DNA of 64,000 bases, taken from positions 336,194 to 400,193 of the forward strand of contig BCKZ01000009.1 in NCBI GenBank assembly GCA_001600815.1, written 5' to 3'. The number at the start of each line of letters is the position of its first letter. Position 1 is the stretch's first letter. This DNA is from Alloascoidea hylecoeti (lineage: Eukaryota). Under the pieces are notes generated by a model. The model worked only from the letters and a program-made list of their open reading frames with translations. It searched no databases and was not told the DNA's origin. This document shows, in pieces, positions 50,264 through 60,659 of this stretch. The translations under genes and the position numbers were made by a program.

Positions 50264-51811
50264 ATGACGACTCTTCAACCTCCTTTAGAGACACTCCAAT
50301 CTCTCATACAAGCTAACAACACAGCCAATCCAACCAATCCACCCAATCTTTATCCTGTTTATTGCCACATTCAAGCCGATACTTTGACACCACACATTGC
50401 ATATCTTAAACTCGCCAGACCTGGCCAACCAAATTCCCGGTCTTCTTTTATACTTGAAAGTACCAAGGAAGGTGAATATTTAGATCGATTTTCATTTATT
50501 GGTGTGAACCCAAGGAAAATAATCAAGACAGGAAATGGATTTGGTCCAGATGTTGATCCTTTGGTTTTGCTTGAAGAGGAACTGAAAAATTATAACCAGG
50601 CAATTGTTCCGGGGATCCCTCCATTATCGGGAGGAGCCGTTGGTTATATTTCCTACGATTGTATTAAATACTTTGAACCAAAAACTAGAAATGACAACTT
50701 AAAGAATATCTTGGACCTTCCTGAAGCTGCCTTAATGCTCTTTGACACTATCGTTGTTTTTGATTTTGTGTTCCAAAAAATTCAGATAATTACAAACATT
50801 CTAATTCCTCAAAACGGTTCTTATAATTTAGAAAAGTTATTAACTGAAGCAAAAAAAGAGATCAATTCAATTAAAGACATTTTATTAAACGATGAAGAAA
50901 TTCCTTATCCTCCTCAAGGACCTATCAAACAAGATCTTGATTTTACATCCAATATTGGTCAAGAAGGTTATGAGGACCATGTTAGAGTCCTGAAAGATCA
51001 TATAAAAAAAGGTGATATCATTCAGGCCGTTCCATCTCAACGAGTCGCTCGTCCAACAAGTCTACATCCTTTTAATATATATCGACATCTAAGAACCGTT
51101 AATCCTTCTCCATATATGTTCTATATTGACTACTTGGATTTCCAAATTGTTGGTGCATCCCCAGAATTACTTGTTAAATGTGATAAGGGCCGTATTATTA
51201 CTCATCCAATTGCAGGTACTGTTCGTCGTGGTAAAACAAGACAGGAGGATGATTTGTTGGCACAACAATTACTCTCTTCAAAAAAAGATAAAGCAGAACA
51301 TATTATGTTGGTCGACTTGGCAAGAAACGATATTAACAGAGTTTGTGATCCAATGACAACAAATGTTGATCGTTTATTAACAATTGAAAGGTTTTCACAT
51401 GTAATGCACCTTGTTTCCCAAGTATCTGGGAAATTAAGAACTGGAAAGACCCGTTTTGATGCTTTTAGATCTATTTTCCCTGCTGGTACTGTTTCCGGGG
51501 CTCCAAAGATTAGAGCTATGCAGCTGATTTCAGAGCTTGAGAAGGAACAACGGGGTGTATATGCCGGTGCAGTTGGACACTGGGGCTATAATAGTCAAAA
51601 TATGGACACATGCATCGCTTTAAGAACTATGGTTACGAAAAATGGAATTGCTTATTTACAAGCAGGTGGTGGTATTGTGTTTGATTCTGATCCTTATGAA
51701 GAATACATTGAGACGTTAAACAAGATGAAAGCTAACAATAATACTATCGTAGAAGCTGAAAAGTTTTGGACTGAAAAGTTAAAGAATGGAGAAAGTAGTT
51801 TAGAGACATAA
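50264..51811 (+). CDS. TRP2: Anthranilate synthase component I
   Basis: SFILES, GGAVGYISYD, GDIIQAVPSQR, NPSPYMFY, PIAGT..RG, AEHIMLVDLARND, FPAGTVSGAPK, QAGGGIVFDS. Confidence 0.97.
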   Translation: MTTLQPPLETLQSLIQANNTANPTNPPNLYPVYCHIQADTLTPHIAYLKLARPGQPNSRSSFILESTKEGEYLDRFSFIGVNPRKIIKTGNGFGPDVDPLVLLEEELKNYNQAIVPGIPPLSGGAVGYISYDCIKYFEPKTRNDNLKNILDLPEAALMLFDTIVVFDFVFQKIQIITNILIPQNGSYNLEKLLTEAKKEINSIKDILLNDEEIPYPPQGPIKQDLDFTSNIGQEGYEDHVRVLKDHIKKGDIIQAVPSQRVARPTSLHPFNIYRHLRTVNPSPYMFYIDYLDFQIVGASPELLVKCDKGRIITHPIAGTVRRGKTRQEDDLLAQQLLSSKKDKAEHIMLVDLARNDINRVCDPMTTNVDRLLTIERFSHVMHLVSQVSGKLRTGKTRFDAFRSIFPAGTVSGAPKIRAMQLISELEKEQRGVYAGAVGHWGYNSQNMDTCIALRTMVTKNGIAYLQAGGGIVFDSDPYEEYIETLNKMKANNNTIVEAEKFWTEKLKNGESSLET

Positions 51812-51909
51812 ATTATATTAATAATCATTTTTGTGTTTTACGTTGTGTGTTTTTGTTCATGTGTGTTTTCTGTTTTTGTGTTCAACCTTCCAACAAACAC
51901 ACATTTGTA

Positions 51910-52539
51910 ATGTCAGATGATGAAGAAATAGACAAAATCCTCGAACAAGAAACCTCCGCATATTCAAAGTCGGTTGAGATATCACGGATATTGTCTACTT
52001 TTCCCTTAGACTCATATAACATTTTATCTCTTCAACCAGGATGTACAGCCAGAGACATCAAAATTACATACAGAAAAAAATCTCTTCAAATACATCCAGA
52101 TAAAACCACTGATGTCAGGGCTCCAGATGCATTTGACAGACTTAAGAAAGCCGAAAAGGAACTAGGAGATGATAAATTACGTGAACGATTGGATTCTATT
52201 TATACTGATGCAAGGAAAATTTTGATAAAAGAGAAAAAGTGGACAATTCACGATAGTCGCCTAACAGGAGCAGCCTTTTTGGAGGAATGGAGGGAAAAAG
52301 TTAAAGAGATTCTGATCGAAGAGGAAGTTAGGAGGCGAAGATTATTAAAGAGAAAAATGGAGGAGGAAGGAAGGGAGCAAAGAAAGAAAGAAGAACAAGA
52401 AAGAGAAAGAGAACTAAAACGAAAGGCAAAAACTGAATGGGAAGATGCTACTGAGCAGCGGGTTAGTAATTGGAGAACGTATAATCATAAAGAAGAATCT
52501 AAAAAGAAAAGGAAGAAGGCGAAGAAAGTTTTGGCCTAA
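51910..52539 (+). CDS. J-domain protein, DNAJC8/Spf31-like
   Basis: Start MSDDEE at 51910; J domain YRKKSLQIHPDK..AFDRL.KA; charged coiled coil; WE...EQRVSNWR and KKVLA end typical of DNAJC8/Spf31. Confidence 0.85.
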   Translation: MSDDEEIDKILEQETSAYSKSVEISRILSTFPLDSYNILSLQPGCTARDIKITYRKKSLQIHPDKTTDVRAPDAFDRLKKAEKELGDDKLRERLDSIYTDARKILIKEKKWTIHDSRLTGAAFLEEWREKVKEILIEEEVRRRRLLKRKMEEEGREQRKKEEQERERELKRKAKTEWEDATEQRVSNWRTYNHKEESKKKRKKAKKVLA

Positions 52540-52575
52540 TATTTATTATATGCTATGATAAATTGGTGATTCATA

Positions 52576-53402
52576 TTAATGACTTCGAACGATAAATGAA
52601 GAAGTATTTAAATTTAAATTTTCATAGCTGACATATAATAATATATTTCTAGTATCCAATCGACAGAAAGACTGGGAATACTTTGGCATATTCCAATCCC
52701 TTGTATATTTCTGGTTTAAAATGTAAACTTTCTTGTTGCATTCATGCTTAAACTTGTAGCTATAGGTTGAGTCAGGTTGATCCAACTAAAATTTCACTAC
52801 GATCATCATTTTTTTCTTTGGATATTATTTCTTTGGATATTTTTTCTTTGACTATAAGTTATGTATTCTATTTAACCCCATATATCCTATCTATTTCCCC
52901 CATTGCGCCGTGAAGGGATTTCTATCAGTTGTTAAGCTTTTCTTTCTAAGAGACCTTCTTCTGGAAAACCACAACCAGAGCGTAATCTCAGACATCTCCC
53001 ACACATCACACCGATAATCCATTTTAATTCATTCACTATCCGTTAGCATTTCGTATGGGCAGCTTTTGCATTGCTGTGGGGCACGTCTTGGGACTGTTGT
53101 ATATTTCCGGTCAATCGCTTTATCCACCACATACCCATTCTAGCACAATAAACCAATGAATCAGTAAGTTAAAATTTTAACTAAAAACCAATTGGTATTC
53201 ATTTGTCACTACCAAAGAGTGTCCACCATTCTTTCTGTAATAAAATGTTGATCCGGCCGCACCGTTTTCTTAAGGAATCTTTGAAATTGATGTATTCGGT
53301 TCAAGTACCATTTGTCCAGAATATTTAACAATTTTAGCCTCGAATTCCTTGCTTCTTGATCCAAGAGGCCTTAAGTTTTTTTTTCCTTATTACCTTTTTC
53401 AT
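52576..53402 (-). pseudogene. Possible decayed or small spliced gene of unknown identity
   Basis: Intron-like signals on the minus strand (TACTGAT..TAG at 53140; GTATGT 53134..GCTAAC..TAG 53036) and several coding-like frame fragments, but no long consistent ORF. Confidence 0.25.
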
Positions 53403-54001
53403 GGACTGTAGGGTTGAAAAGAAAATAAATAAGGCTTATATGTGTCCAAACTCAATGTAAGTTACTCATTCATGACATTTGAGTTAGTGTTGTCCCGGGG
53501 AATTAATGACCATACTAGATGGGTAAATGACAAATACCAAACCGATGTCTCTATATTCAAACTTTACTTTTGCTAATATTTCTTGGAAATAACACTGTAA
53601 TATAATTTATTTATATTAAAATTAAAAGTAAAAGCAAATCAATCCTGCGACGATGAAATATGAAGAAAAAAATTGGTAACTAATAAAGATAGTATAGAAA
53701 ATATGAACTGAATATCATAATTAATGGATATCAACTAAAAAATAATAATAATGGAGGGAGAAATTTAAACGACAAAAAAAACTAATGGTATATTATATAA
53801 CGAACAGAGAATGGCAAATTGCAACTGACAAAAAAAAAACTTTCAAAACTCGATTTAAATTCATTAATATTCAGTTCAGCTCAATTCAATTCAATTCAGT
53901 TTAAATCCAAGGAAGGTATAGAATAAATATCAAATAATAATGATAATAATAATAATAGCAATAAGCTTAAAGAATCAAGGTCAAAGAAAAAAAGAAACAA
54001 A

Positions 54002-54040
<39 letters not shown>
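54002..54040. repeat. (AAT)13 microsatellite
   Basis: Read directly; a shorter AAT tract lies at ~53933-53960. Confidence 0.9.
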
Positions 54041-54043
<3 letters not shown>

Positions 54044-54349
54044 GACGTAAAATTTAATACTATAATGAAAATATCAGCATCCAAAAACAAAAAATATATA
54101 TATATATAATGAAATAATGTAATTTAAATCTCAAAAATTTTTTATAATTAAAAGAATTAAAAAAAGAAAATAAATAAAAATAAAAATAAAATCCCAGAGA
54201 AAATGTATTGAATATAATATAATTCATATGATATATCTCGTTTCAAATTTATAGTCAAAGAAAGAAACAAAGAAAACAATAAAACAAAAAGTATGTGGAA
54301 AAAGGTGCAAAAAAAACTGTGGAGAGTGGAAAGTTGAATTGATGGATGA

Positions 54350-57241
54350 TTATACATTCCATTGCATATTAACATCTCCTTCTTCTTCTTCATCAGGATC
54401 AGGACCATAATCACCTTCATAAATAACAGCCCCAGCTTTTCGATGTTGGTCAACAAATATAAAAGGTTCTAAAGTAATCAATTCTTCAGCAGTTGGTCTT
54501 TTCATTGGATCAGGTTGTAACATCCACTTAACAACATTATCTAAAGTATCAGATTTATTAATCATAAATTCTGGAGCCCATGATGGTATATCAGGAATTG
54601 ATTTATAAATTTTTGGTAAATGTTTTGCCATATTTCTTTTTTGTCTTGCAATAAATTCTAAATCATGTTGTGACATAATCATATTTGAATCAATACCATT
54701 TATTTGAAATTCATCATCATCATAATTATTATTATTATCATGATTTAAATATTCATTTAATTCACCAGAACTTAATTTTCCTGCATCACTTAAATCACCA
54801 GATCTTAATTTTTGCCAACTTTCACCATTTCCTGGTAAAACTATATTTGCAGCACTTTCTAACATTATTAAACCTAAAGAGAATATATCAGCAGCTTTTC
54901 CATAAGTATTATCAGATATTATTTCAGGAGCAATATATTCTCTATCACCTTCTCTATCCATATCTAAAGTACCACCATTTGATTTTAAATTATTTGAACG
55001 ATTTGGAAAATCAGGACATTTTATTGCCATACCAAAATCACCAATTTTTAAATTTCCTTCAAAACTTATAAAAACATTTGCAGGTTTTAAATCTAAGTGT
55101 AAGAAGTTTTTTGAATGAATAAACCTTAAACCAAGACATAATTCAACTAAAATTTTCCAAACTCTCCATTCATCTAATTTTTTAACTTGACCAGTTTCTG
55201 ATAAAAAAGTTGAAAGATTACCATTTTCATAAAATTCAGTTAATATATATAAATGAGAATTTGATTCCCAATAATCAATATATGAGATTATATATTCTTT
55301 ACCATTCATTTGTTGAGATGAAGAAGATGAAGAATATGATGAAGGAGATGATGGAGTAGAATATGTATTTAATGCTTGTAATATATGAACTTCTTCTAAA
55401 GCTCTTGCTTTTGCCCTTGGACCTAACAAAGGTTTTTTAGTTCTTTTAACGATATATTTTGTATGAACAGAATTCTCAGTTAAATGTGATGATGGTGATA
55501 ATGATGATGATGGTTTTTTTGTAACAGTATAAACAATTGAAAAGACACCTTTTGAAAGTACTTGAACAGTGTCAAATTTTGAAGTTAATAAATCATCATC
55601 AAGATCTAAGCTACTAACGTTGCTTATATTACCAATATTTATTGTATCTACACTTGTATTTGCAGCATCAGAAGCTGGATCATAGTCGAAATCAGCTGCA
55701 TAAGGAGTTTTGGGAGTTTTAACAGGAGTTGAAGGATGAGATTTAATTGAATTTGTTTCAGAATTATTTTTATGATTATTATTTCGAGTAGGAGTAGAAC
55801 CAAAGGAACCATTTGATAAAGTATGAGTTAGTATATTATTTGTTAATGTATTTGTTGGAGTTAAATTATGATTCTGTTTAATTGTTTTAGGAGTAACAGT
55901 TATTGTGCTATTAGTATTAGTACTCATAGTTCTTCCAGCAGTTGTTGTATTATGAAAAGCACCGCTAAAACTAGTACTTAATTTATTTAAGTTTGCACTT
56001 GTCATGTTTGAAGTTGTTAAATCAGAAATTGCGAAAGATTGTGAATATTGTGGTTGAGATTGAGGTTTTTGATTTTGAATTTGAATTTGATTTGCGGATT
56101 TTGATTTTGTAAAAGATAATTGTCGTTTAAAACTACTTGATAGACTTGATTTTTCAAAGTCATTATTATTGTTGTTATGATTATTTGGAGGTGAAGTTGA
56201 AGATGAAGATGAAGATGAAGATGAAGATGAAGTACCGAATAAGACCGACCTTCGAGAAAAGAGGCCTCTTTTGGAACTGCTATTGTTATTTGAATCATTT
56301 TTCTTTTCTTTTCCTTTTCCTTTTCCAGAGGTGACCTTATTTATATTTTCTTTTTCCTTCTTTAGGATTTTTGGAATTTTATCCTTTTTTGAAACTTTTG
56401 AAACTTTTGTAACTTTTGAAACTTTTGAAGGAGAGGGAGAAGAGGGCTTTGGAGGAGGAGAGAAGCGATTTTGTAAAAAAGAATTCAGATTGAAAACTTT
56501 CCTCTTTTTAGGAGTATCATCGAGAAAGTCATGATCATGATTATGAATATGAGAAGGGAATGAAGGTAAATGTAGAGGTTTTTTTGTCGGGGTAACCACG
56601 CGATCCTCCATTTCCATTTCCATTTCGATCTCATCGTCCAGATTGGAGTCGTCCAGATTGGAATCATCCAGATTGGAGTTATTGGGTATGTCTATGCTTA
56701 CGTCATCTAAGGTAGAAAAGTCATTGAGGGTTGTGTTTGTGTGGGAACGGGGGAATAGGTGGGAGTGCAGGTTCGGCAGGGAGGACGAGATGGGGGTGTG
56801 TCGGGTGGGGATGCGTTTGCAGGGGGTCTCTGGGGTGGGCGTGGAAAGGGGCCGGAACTGCGCAAAGGACTTCTTGGACTGGAGCCCGGAGCCGGCGAAG
56901 GCAAATGGGAGGGGCTTGCTGCTGTTCCACGCAAAGGCCGAGGGCAGGTCGCCGGAAGGTGTCTGGTGGGTCTGCGCACGGGGCGTGTTGGTGTTCATGG
57001 GCACCGGGGGGTTGTGTGCCGGGGGGACGTTGGGGAGGTCTGTTCTGCGGATCTTGGAGTTACCGTGGGGACCTGGCGAGCTGGATGTTTGGCGTTTGGA
57101 CGGAATGGTCTTGAGGTTGAGGATGCCCGCAGACCGTCGCAGGCCGAGGGGCCGAGGGTGTGCGTGGGAGTGTACGTGGGGCACGGGGCTGGCGGTGGTT
57201 GCAGTTGCCGTTGCGGCTGTGGGCGGGCGTGCGCGTGGCAT
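54350..57241 (-). CDS. SWE1: Wee1-family CDK inhibitory kinase
   Basis: Kinase domain LSKGVFSIVY, EEVHIL, LDEWRVWKILVEL, HLDLKPANVF, KIGDFGMA, EGDREYIAPE, WQKLRSGDLSD; N-terminal PETPCKR and low-complexity regulatory region. Confidence 0.94.
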   Translation of the reverse strand: MPRARPPTAATATATTASPVPHVHSHAHPRPLGLRRSAGILNLKTIPSKRQTSSSPGPHGNSKIRRTDLPNVPPAHNPPVPMNTNTPRAQTHQTPSGDLPSAFAWNSSKPLPFAFAGSGLQSKKSFAQFRPLSTPTPETPCKRIPTRHTPISSSLPNLHSHLFPRSHTNTTLNDFSTLDDVSIDIPNNSNLDDSNLDDSNLDDEIEMEMEMEDRVVTPTKKPLHLPSFPSHIHNHDHDFLDDTPKKRKVFNLNSFLQNRFSPPPKPSSPSPSKVSKVTKVSKVSKKDKIPKILKKEKENINKVTSGKGKGKEKKNDSNNNSSSKRGLFSRRSVLFGTSSSSSSSSSSSTSPPNNHNNNNNDFEKSSLSSSFKRQLSFTKSKSANQIQIQNQKPQSQPQYSQSFAISDLTTSNMTSANLNKLSTSFSGAFHNTTTAGRTMSTNTNSTITVTPKTIKQNHNLTPTNTLTNNILTHTLSNGSFGSTPTRNNNHKNNSETNSIKSHPSTPVKTPKTPYAADFDYDPASDAANTSVDTINIGNISNVSSLDLDDDLLTSKFDTVQVLSKGVFSIVYTVTKKPSSSLSPSSHLTENSVHTKYIVKRTKKPLLGPRAKARALEEVHILQALNTYSTPSSPSSYSSSSSSQQMNGKEYIISYIDYWESNSHLYILTEFYENGNLSTFLSETGQVKKLDEWRVWKILVELCLGLRFIHSKNFLHLDLKPANVFISFEGNLKIGDFGMAIKCPDFPNRSNNLKSNGGTLDMDREGDREYIAPEIISDNTYGKAADIFSLGLIMLESAANIVLPGNGESWQKLRSGDLSDAGKLSSGELNEYLNHDNNNNYDDDEFQINGIDSNMIMSQHDLEFIARQKRNMAKHLPKIYKSIPDIPSWAPEFMINKSDTLDNVVKWMLQPDPMKRPTAEELITLEPFIFVDQHRKAGAVIYEGDYGPDPDEEEEGDVNMQWNV

Positions 57242-57492
57242 GGCGAGGATCGTTTCGTTGCGTTAGGAAGGTGTCGCGTTTGAATTCTGTTTAAATTTGT
57301 CTACAAGGTGCAAAGTGAAAACAAGTCTCCCCGTCGGCAGGGTAACAGCGGCCGGACAGGGTAACCCCCGGACGTCGTGTGCCTGGCACGTGACGGGCAC
57401 GTGCCCCTACTCTGAAACTGCGCTGAAACACTTCTCCTCCTCCAACTCTTGCACCAGCTGTTCCTCCGAGTGTCTGCCAACTGTCTCCCACC
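57242..57492. promoter_or_regulatory. Compact GC-rich bidirectional promoter with two CACGTG boxes
   Basis: 251 bp between divergent ATGs; CACGTGAC at 57387-57394 (Cbf1-type) and perfect 12-bp palindrome GGGCACGTGCCC at 57395-57406. Confidence 0.6.
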
Positions 57493-59037
57493 ATGCAAAC
57501 AATCCCCTGCTTCCCTCTCGCCCGGCCCCCCCTCTCGCCGGCCCCTGCTCCTCTGGCTTCCCTGGCCCCCCAGCCGGCCCCGGCCCCCCGGAACCCGTGC
57601 CCCAACCCGCGAGCCCTGCGTTCCGATACCCTCCTGATTGACCCTCCCGTCCTCTCCAACAAATCAAACGGCCTCTTCCAGCTGGCTCCCGTCGGCCGCA
57701 AGTCCTCTTCTCTGCTCTTGCGTAGGCGTCGCTCGGCCCTCGTGCTGTCCCCGGTGCCGTCCCCGGTGCCGTCCCCCGTACTCTCCTCCCCCACCGAGGA
57801 TATAATGTCCCACTCAGATTCCTCCTCCTCGACCATAAATCTCTCTTCTTCAAACTGCACCTCGGATTCCTCTCCGTCCCAGATCTTGTTAACAGGAACA
57901 ATTCAACAACAAACGTTGGATCCTTACCCTTCACATTACACAACCTTACTAGATCCTTCCGACCATCGCATCCATTTAAAGGGTGTAGGGGAAGCAGAAA
58001 ACAAACTTAACGCCTACCCTAATGGACCCCAACAAATCCTTCCAAATCTTTTCTTATATTCTGAACCAAATTTGGACGAAATAATGAAATTCGACTTGGT
58101 CATAAATGTGGCTGAGGAATTGAAATGTCCTTTTGACTTATCTCACACAAAGAAACATGGTATTATAAAAGGAGACTTACTTTTTAGTCCCATGAGTTCC
58201 ATACAATCCGTTTTTGATGATATTAAAACTCCACTCGATTCTAAAATTTCTAATTCATTTTCTAATTCAATTTCCATTCACAATCCAAATTCAAGTTCAA
58301 ATTCAAATGTTGATGTTAATCAGAACCCTGACGCTGGGAATGTTAAAATTAAAACTTATAACCATCCGCAAGGTTCAACCGAGTACCTGCATGTTGCATG
58401 GTCACACTCAACTCATATCTTACCTGCTCTTCCATATATTACTTCAATAATATCTGATCGTCTTTCATTAAACAAAAGAATTTTAATTCATTGTCAATTT
58501 GGCGTTTCAAGATCTGCTACTTTATTAATAGCTGCTGTAATGAAAATACAAAAATTGAGCGTTAAAGAAGCTTATGATGTTGTACAATCAAAAGCTAATG
58601 AAATTGGTCCAAATATGGGCTTAATATTTGAATTAGCTGATTGGGAAAAAGAATTAAAACGTCAAAATACTCCATTGATTTCAATCAATATAAATGAAGA
58701 TGATGAATCACAAGTAGATGGATTACAAGTTAATGAATTACAATTACAAGTAAATGGAAATGAGATACAACCAAATGATCATGATTATGAAAATGAATAT
58801 GAAGAAGATTCTCATGATATCTTATCCCCAATAACTCATAATTTTCCAATTATTTCAATAAATGGTCATAAACATGAACATAGTTTAAATGATCATGATA
58901 ATGCAATGAAATTACCAAGGTTAAACTTACATACTTCAATTGGAACCCATTTTAATCGTGATGAATTAAGAAATGTTCCTTCGTTTTCTGAAGTTCCCTC
59001 ATTTCCTGAAGATGTTAGCCTTAATGTTAGGTTATAA
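57493..59037 (+). CDS. MSG5: Dual-specificity (MAP kinase) phosphatase, Msg5/Sdp1/Pmp1 family
   Basis: AYPNGPQQILPNLFLYSEP, FDLVINVAEE, EYLHVAWSH, active site HCQFGVSRS, I.PNMGLIFEL. Confidence 0.88.
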   Translation: MQTIPCFPLARPPLSPAPAPLASLAPQPAPAPRNPCPNPRALRSDTLLIDPPVLSNKSNGLFQLAPVGRKSSSLLLRRRRSALVLSPVPSPVPSPVLSSPTEDIMSHSDSSSSTINLSSSNCTSDSSPSQILLTGTIQQQTLDPYPSHYTTLLDPSDHRIHLKGVGEAENKLNAYPNGPQQILPNLFLYSEPNLDEIMKFDLVINVAEELKCPFDLSHTKKHGIIKGDLLFSPMSSIQSVFDDIKTPLDSKISNSFSNSISIHNPNSSSNSNVDVNQNPDAGNVKIKTYNHPQGSTEYLHVAWSHSTHILPALPYITSIISDRLSLNKRILIHCQFGVSRSATLLIAAVMKIQKLSVKEAYDVVQSKANEIGPNMGLIFELADWEKELKRQNTPLISININEDDESQVDGLQVNELQLQVNGNEIQPNDHDYENEYEEDSHDILSPITHNFPIISINGHKHEHSLNDHDNAMKLPRLNLHTSIGTHFNRDELRNVPSFSEVPSFPEDVSLNVRL

Positions 59038-59269
59038 TTCTCTTATTTACCATCATAATTATTACTACGAATTTTACCACAATTAAAAATTATATTTAAT
59101 CAAAGTGTTTCATTTTTCAAAGAAAGGAATACAAGATAAATGAGATATGAGATATTCTTATGATTTATGAAAGGACCCTGGTGGTCTATACCTTACAGTG
59201 CCCTACCAATGCAGAAAATATTTATTATTAAAAAAAAAAACTAAGAATATAAAAAAAATATATACTTCT

Positions 59270-59420
59270 AGTACTATATTACTACTATCATTTAGCATTG
59301 CTTTTATTTTACTATTACTACTATTTGCTATTACTATTAATATTAACATTAACATTAACATTAACACTAACATTAACATCACTATTACTGTTATTACTAT
59401 TATTGTTGTTGTTACTACCT
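59270..59420. repeat. Low-complexity (TAC/TAT)n and (ATTAAC)n tract
   Basis: attaacattaacattaacattaacactaacattaac plus flanking triplet repeats. Confidence 0.75.
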
Positions 59421-60659
59421 TCTAAACACTCCTTTGTTTTGCATTTGCGTTTTGACTTTTTTCTATTGTTTAAATTTACCTTTTATATTATGTTAATTAA
59501 TATACTAACTCAACTTTGAAAACAATCTCTAATAACTAATTTTTTTATGATCTATAAATGCTTGTTATTTTTTCAATGAATTGTTGGTTAGATTTATTTT
59601 ATTTTTAATACCTATGGGTATATTTTGTCATTTTCTTGTACTGGTTTACTTGTTATATTGCCTTGTTTTATCTTATTTTATTTCATATTATTTCATATTG
59701 TTTCATGTTAGCTTTTATATTAGTTTAGTTTATATAGTTAGTTTCAAGTTTGTTATTTTATATCAGCAATAAATCAATTTTTCTGTAATAATCATTAACT
59801 CCAATTCCAATCCCGTAAAGATTAGATTTTAAGTTCATATTTATGTAGATTTCAGAATCATAGTGATTATTTTGTTTAATTTAACATCTTATTCAATCTC
59901 AATTAGTTGTGTAGATACAAAACATCAATCACAATGGAGAAGAATATCGATTTAGAGTTATAAACTCGAACTAAATGATTATTGGAACCCCCAATATCCC
60001 AGAACCAAGTGCACACGGGAAACTAAAAATCTACTACATTTTGTTTTCACCTTTTATCTCCCTAAGCTTCATAAGCTCCTGGATTGTGTCGGCCAATTGC
60101 TTGTTGTAATTCTTTATTTCCATTATTTTCTGTAGTAATAATAATATAAATTTCGGTTTGGGAAATTCAATATATTCTCAGTTAATTTATTATAAGTAGG
60201 AAATATTTAATCTTTTTATAATCTAGTATATATCTTACTATAATTAATCCTAGATAGTTATGGGTGACTTTAGAAAAGGATATTGAGGGAAAGGCGGCAT
60301 TAATTAAAATCTGTTATGGAATTGTCAATTGGTCATTTAAACAGGAATTTCTCCCTTTCTTTCTCCACCTAACCCATAGAAGACTAGTTTATATATTCAC
60401 AGATTAGTCAGAAGGTATAGATATTAAACATCCAAGGCCCATTAATAAGAAGCTTGGATTTTCTAGTCGTAAAAAAAGAATGCAAATGATAAAGGATTAA
60501 TATTGTTAAAGCACCATGTGGACCATGTAATAAAGGGTTTGACACCCTCAATTATAATGAAACGAGTCTAACAAATATTAGGAAAATTGAATTATTTTCA
60601 ACAATTTTTGTCTACCGGTACACCTGATATTGAGACTACGGTAGTGCTTTTTATAGTAT

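Noticed and set aside
53896..54456. Leu/Phe-rich ORFs resembling membrane peptides (also 59198-59772)
   Set aside because: Translations of microsatellite and low-complexity AT-rich DNA.
57387..57394. GTCACGTG (CDEI-like) as part of a point centromere
   Set aside because: No adjacent AT-rich CDEII or CDEIII; it lies in a GC-rich promoter, so a bHLH (Cbf1-type) site is simpler.
56643..57943. Many overlapping 65-207 aa ORFs on both strands
   Set aside because: Stop-codon scarcity in the GC island; they are shadows of SWE1 and the MSG5-like gene with no recognisable motifs.
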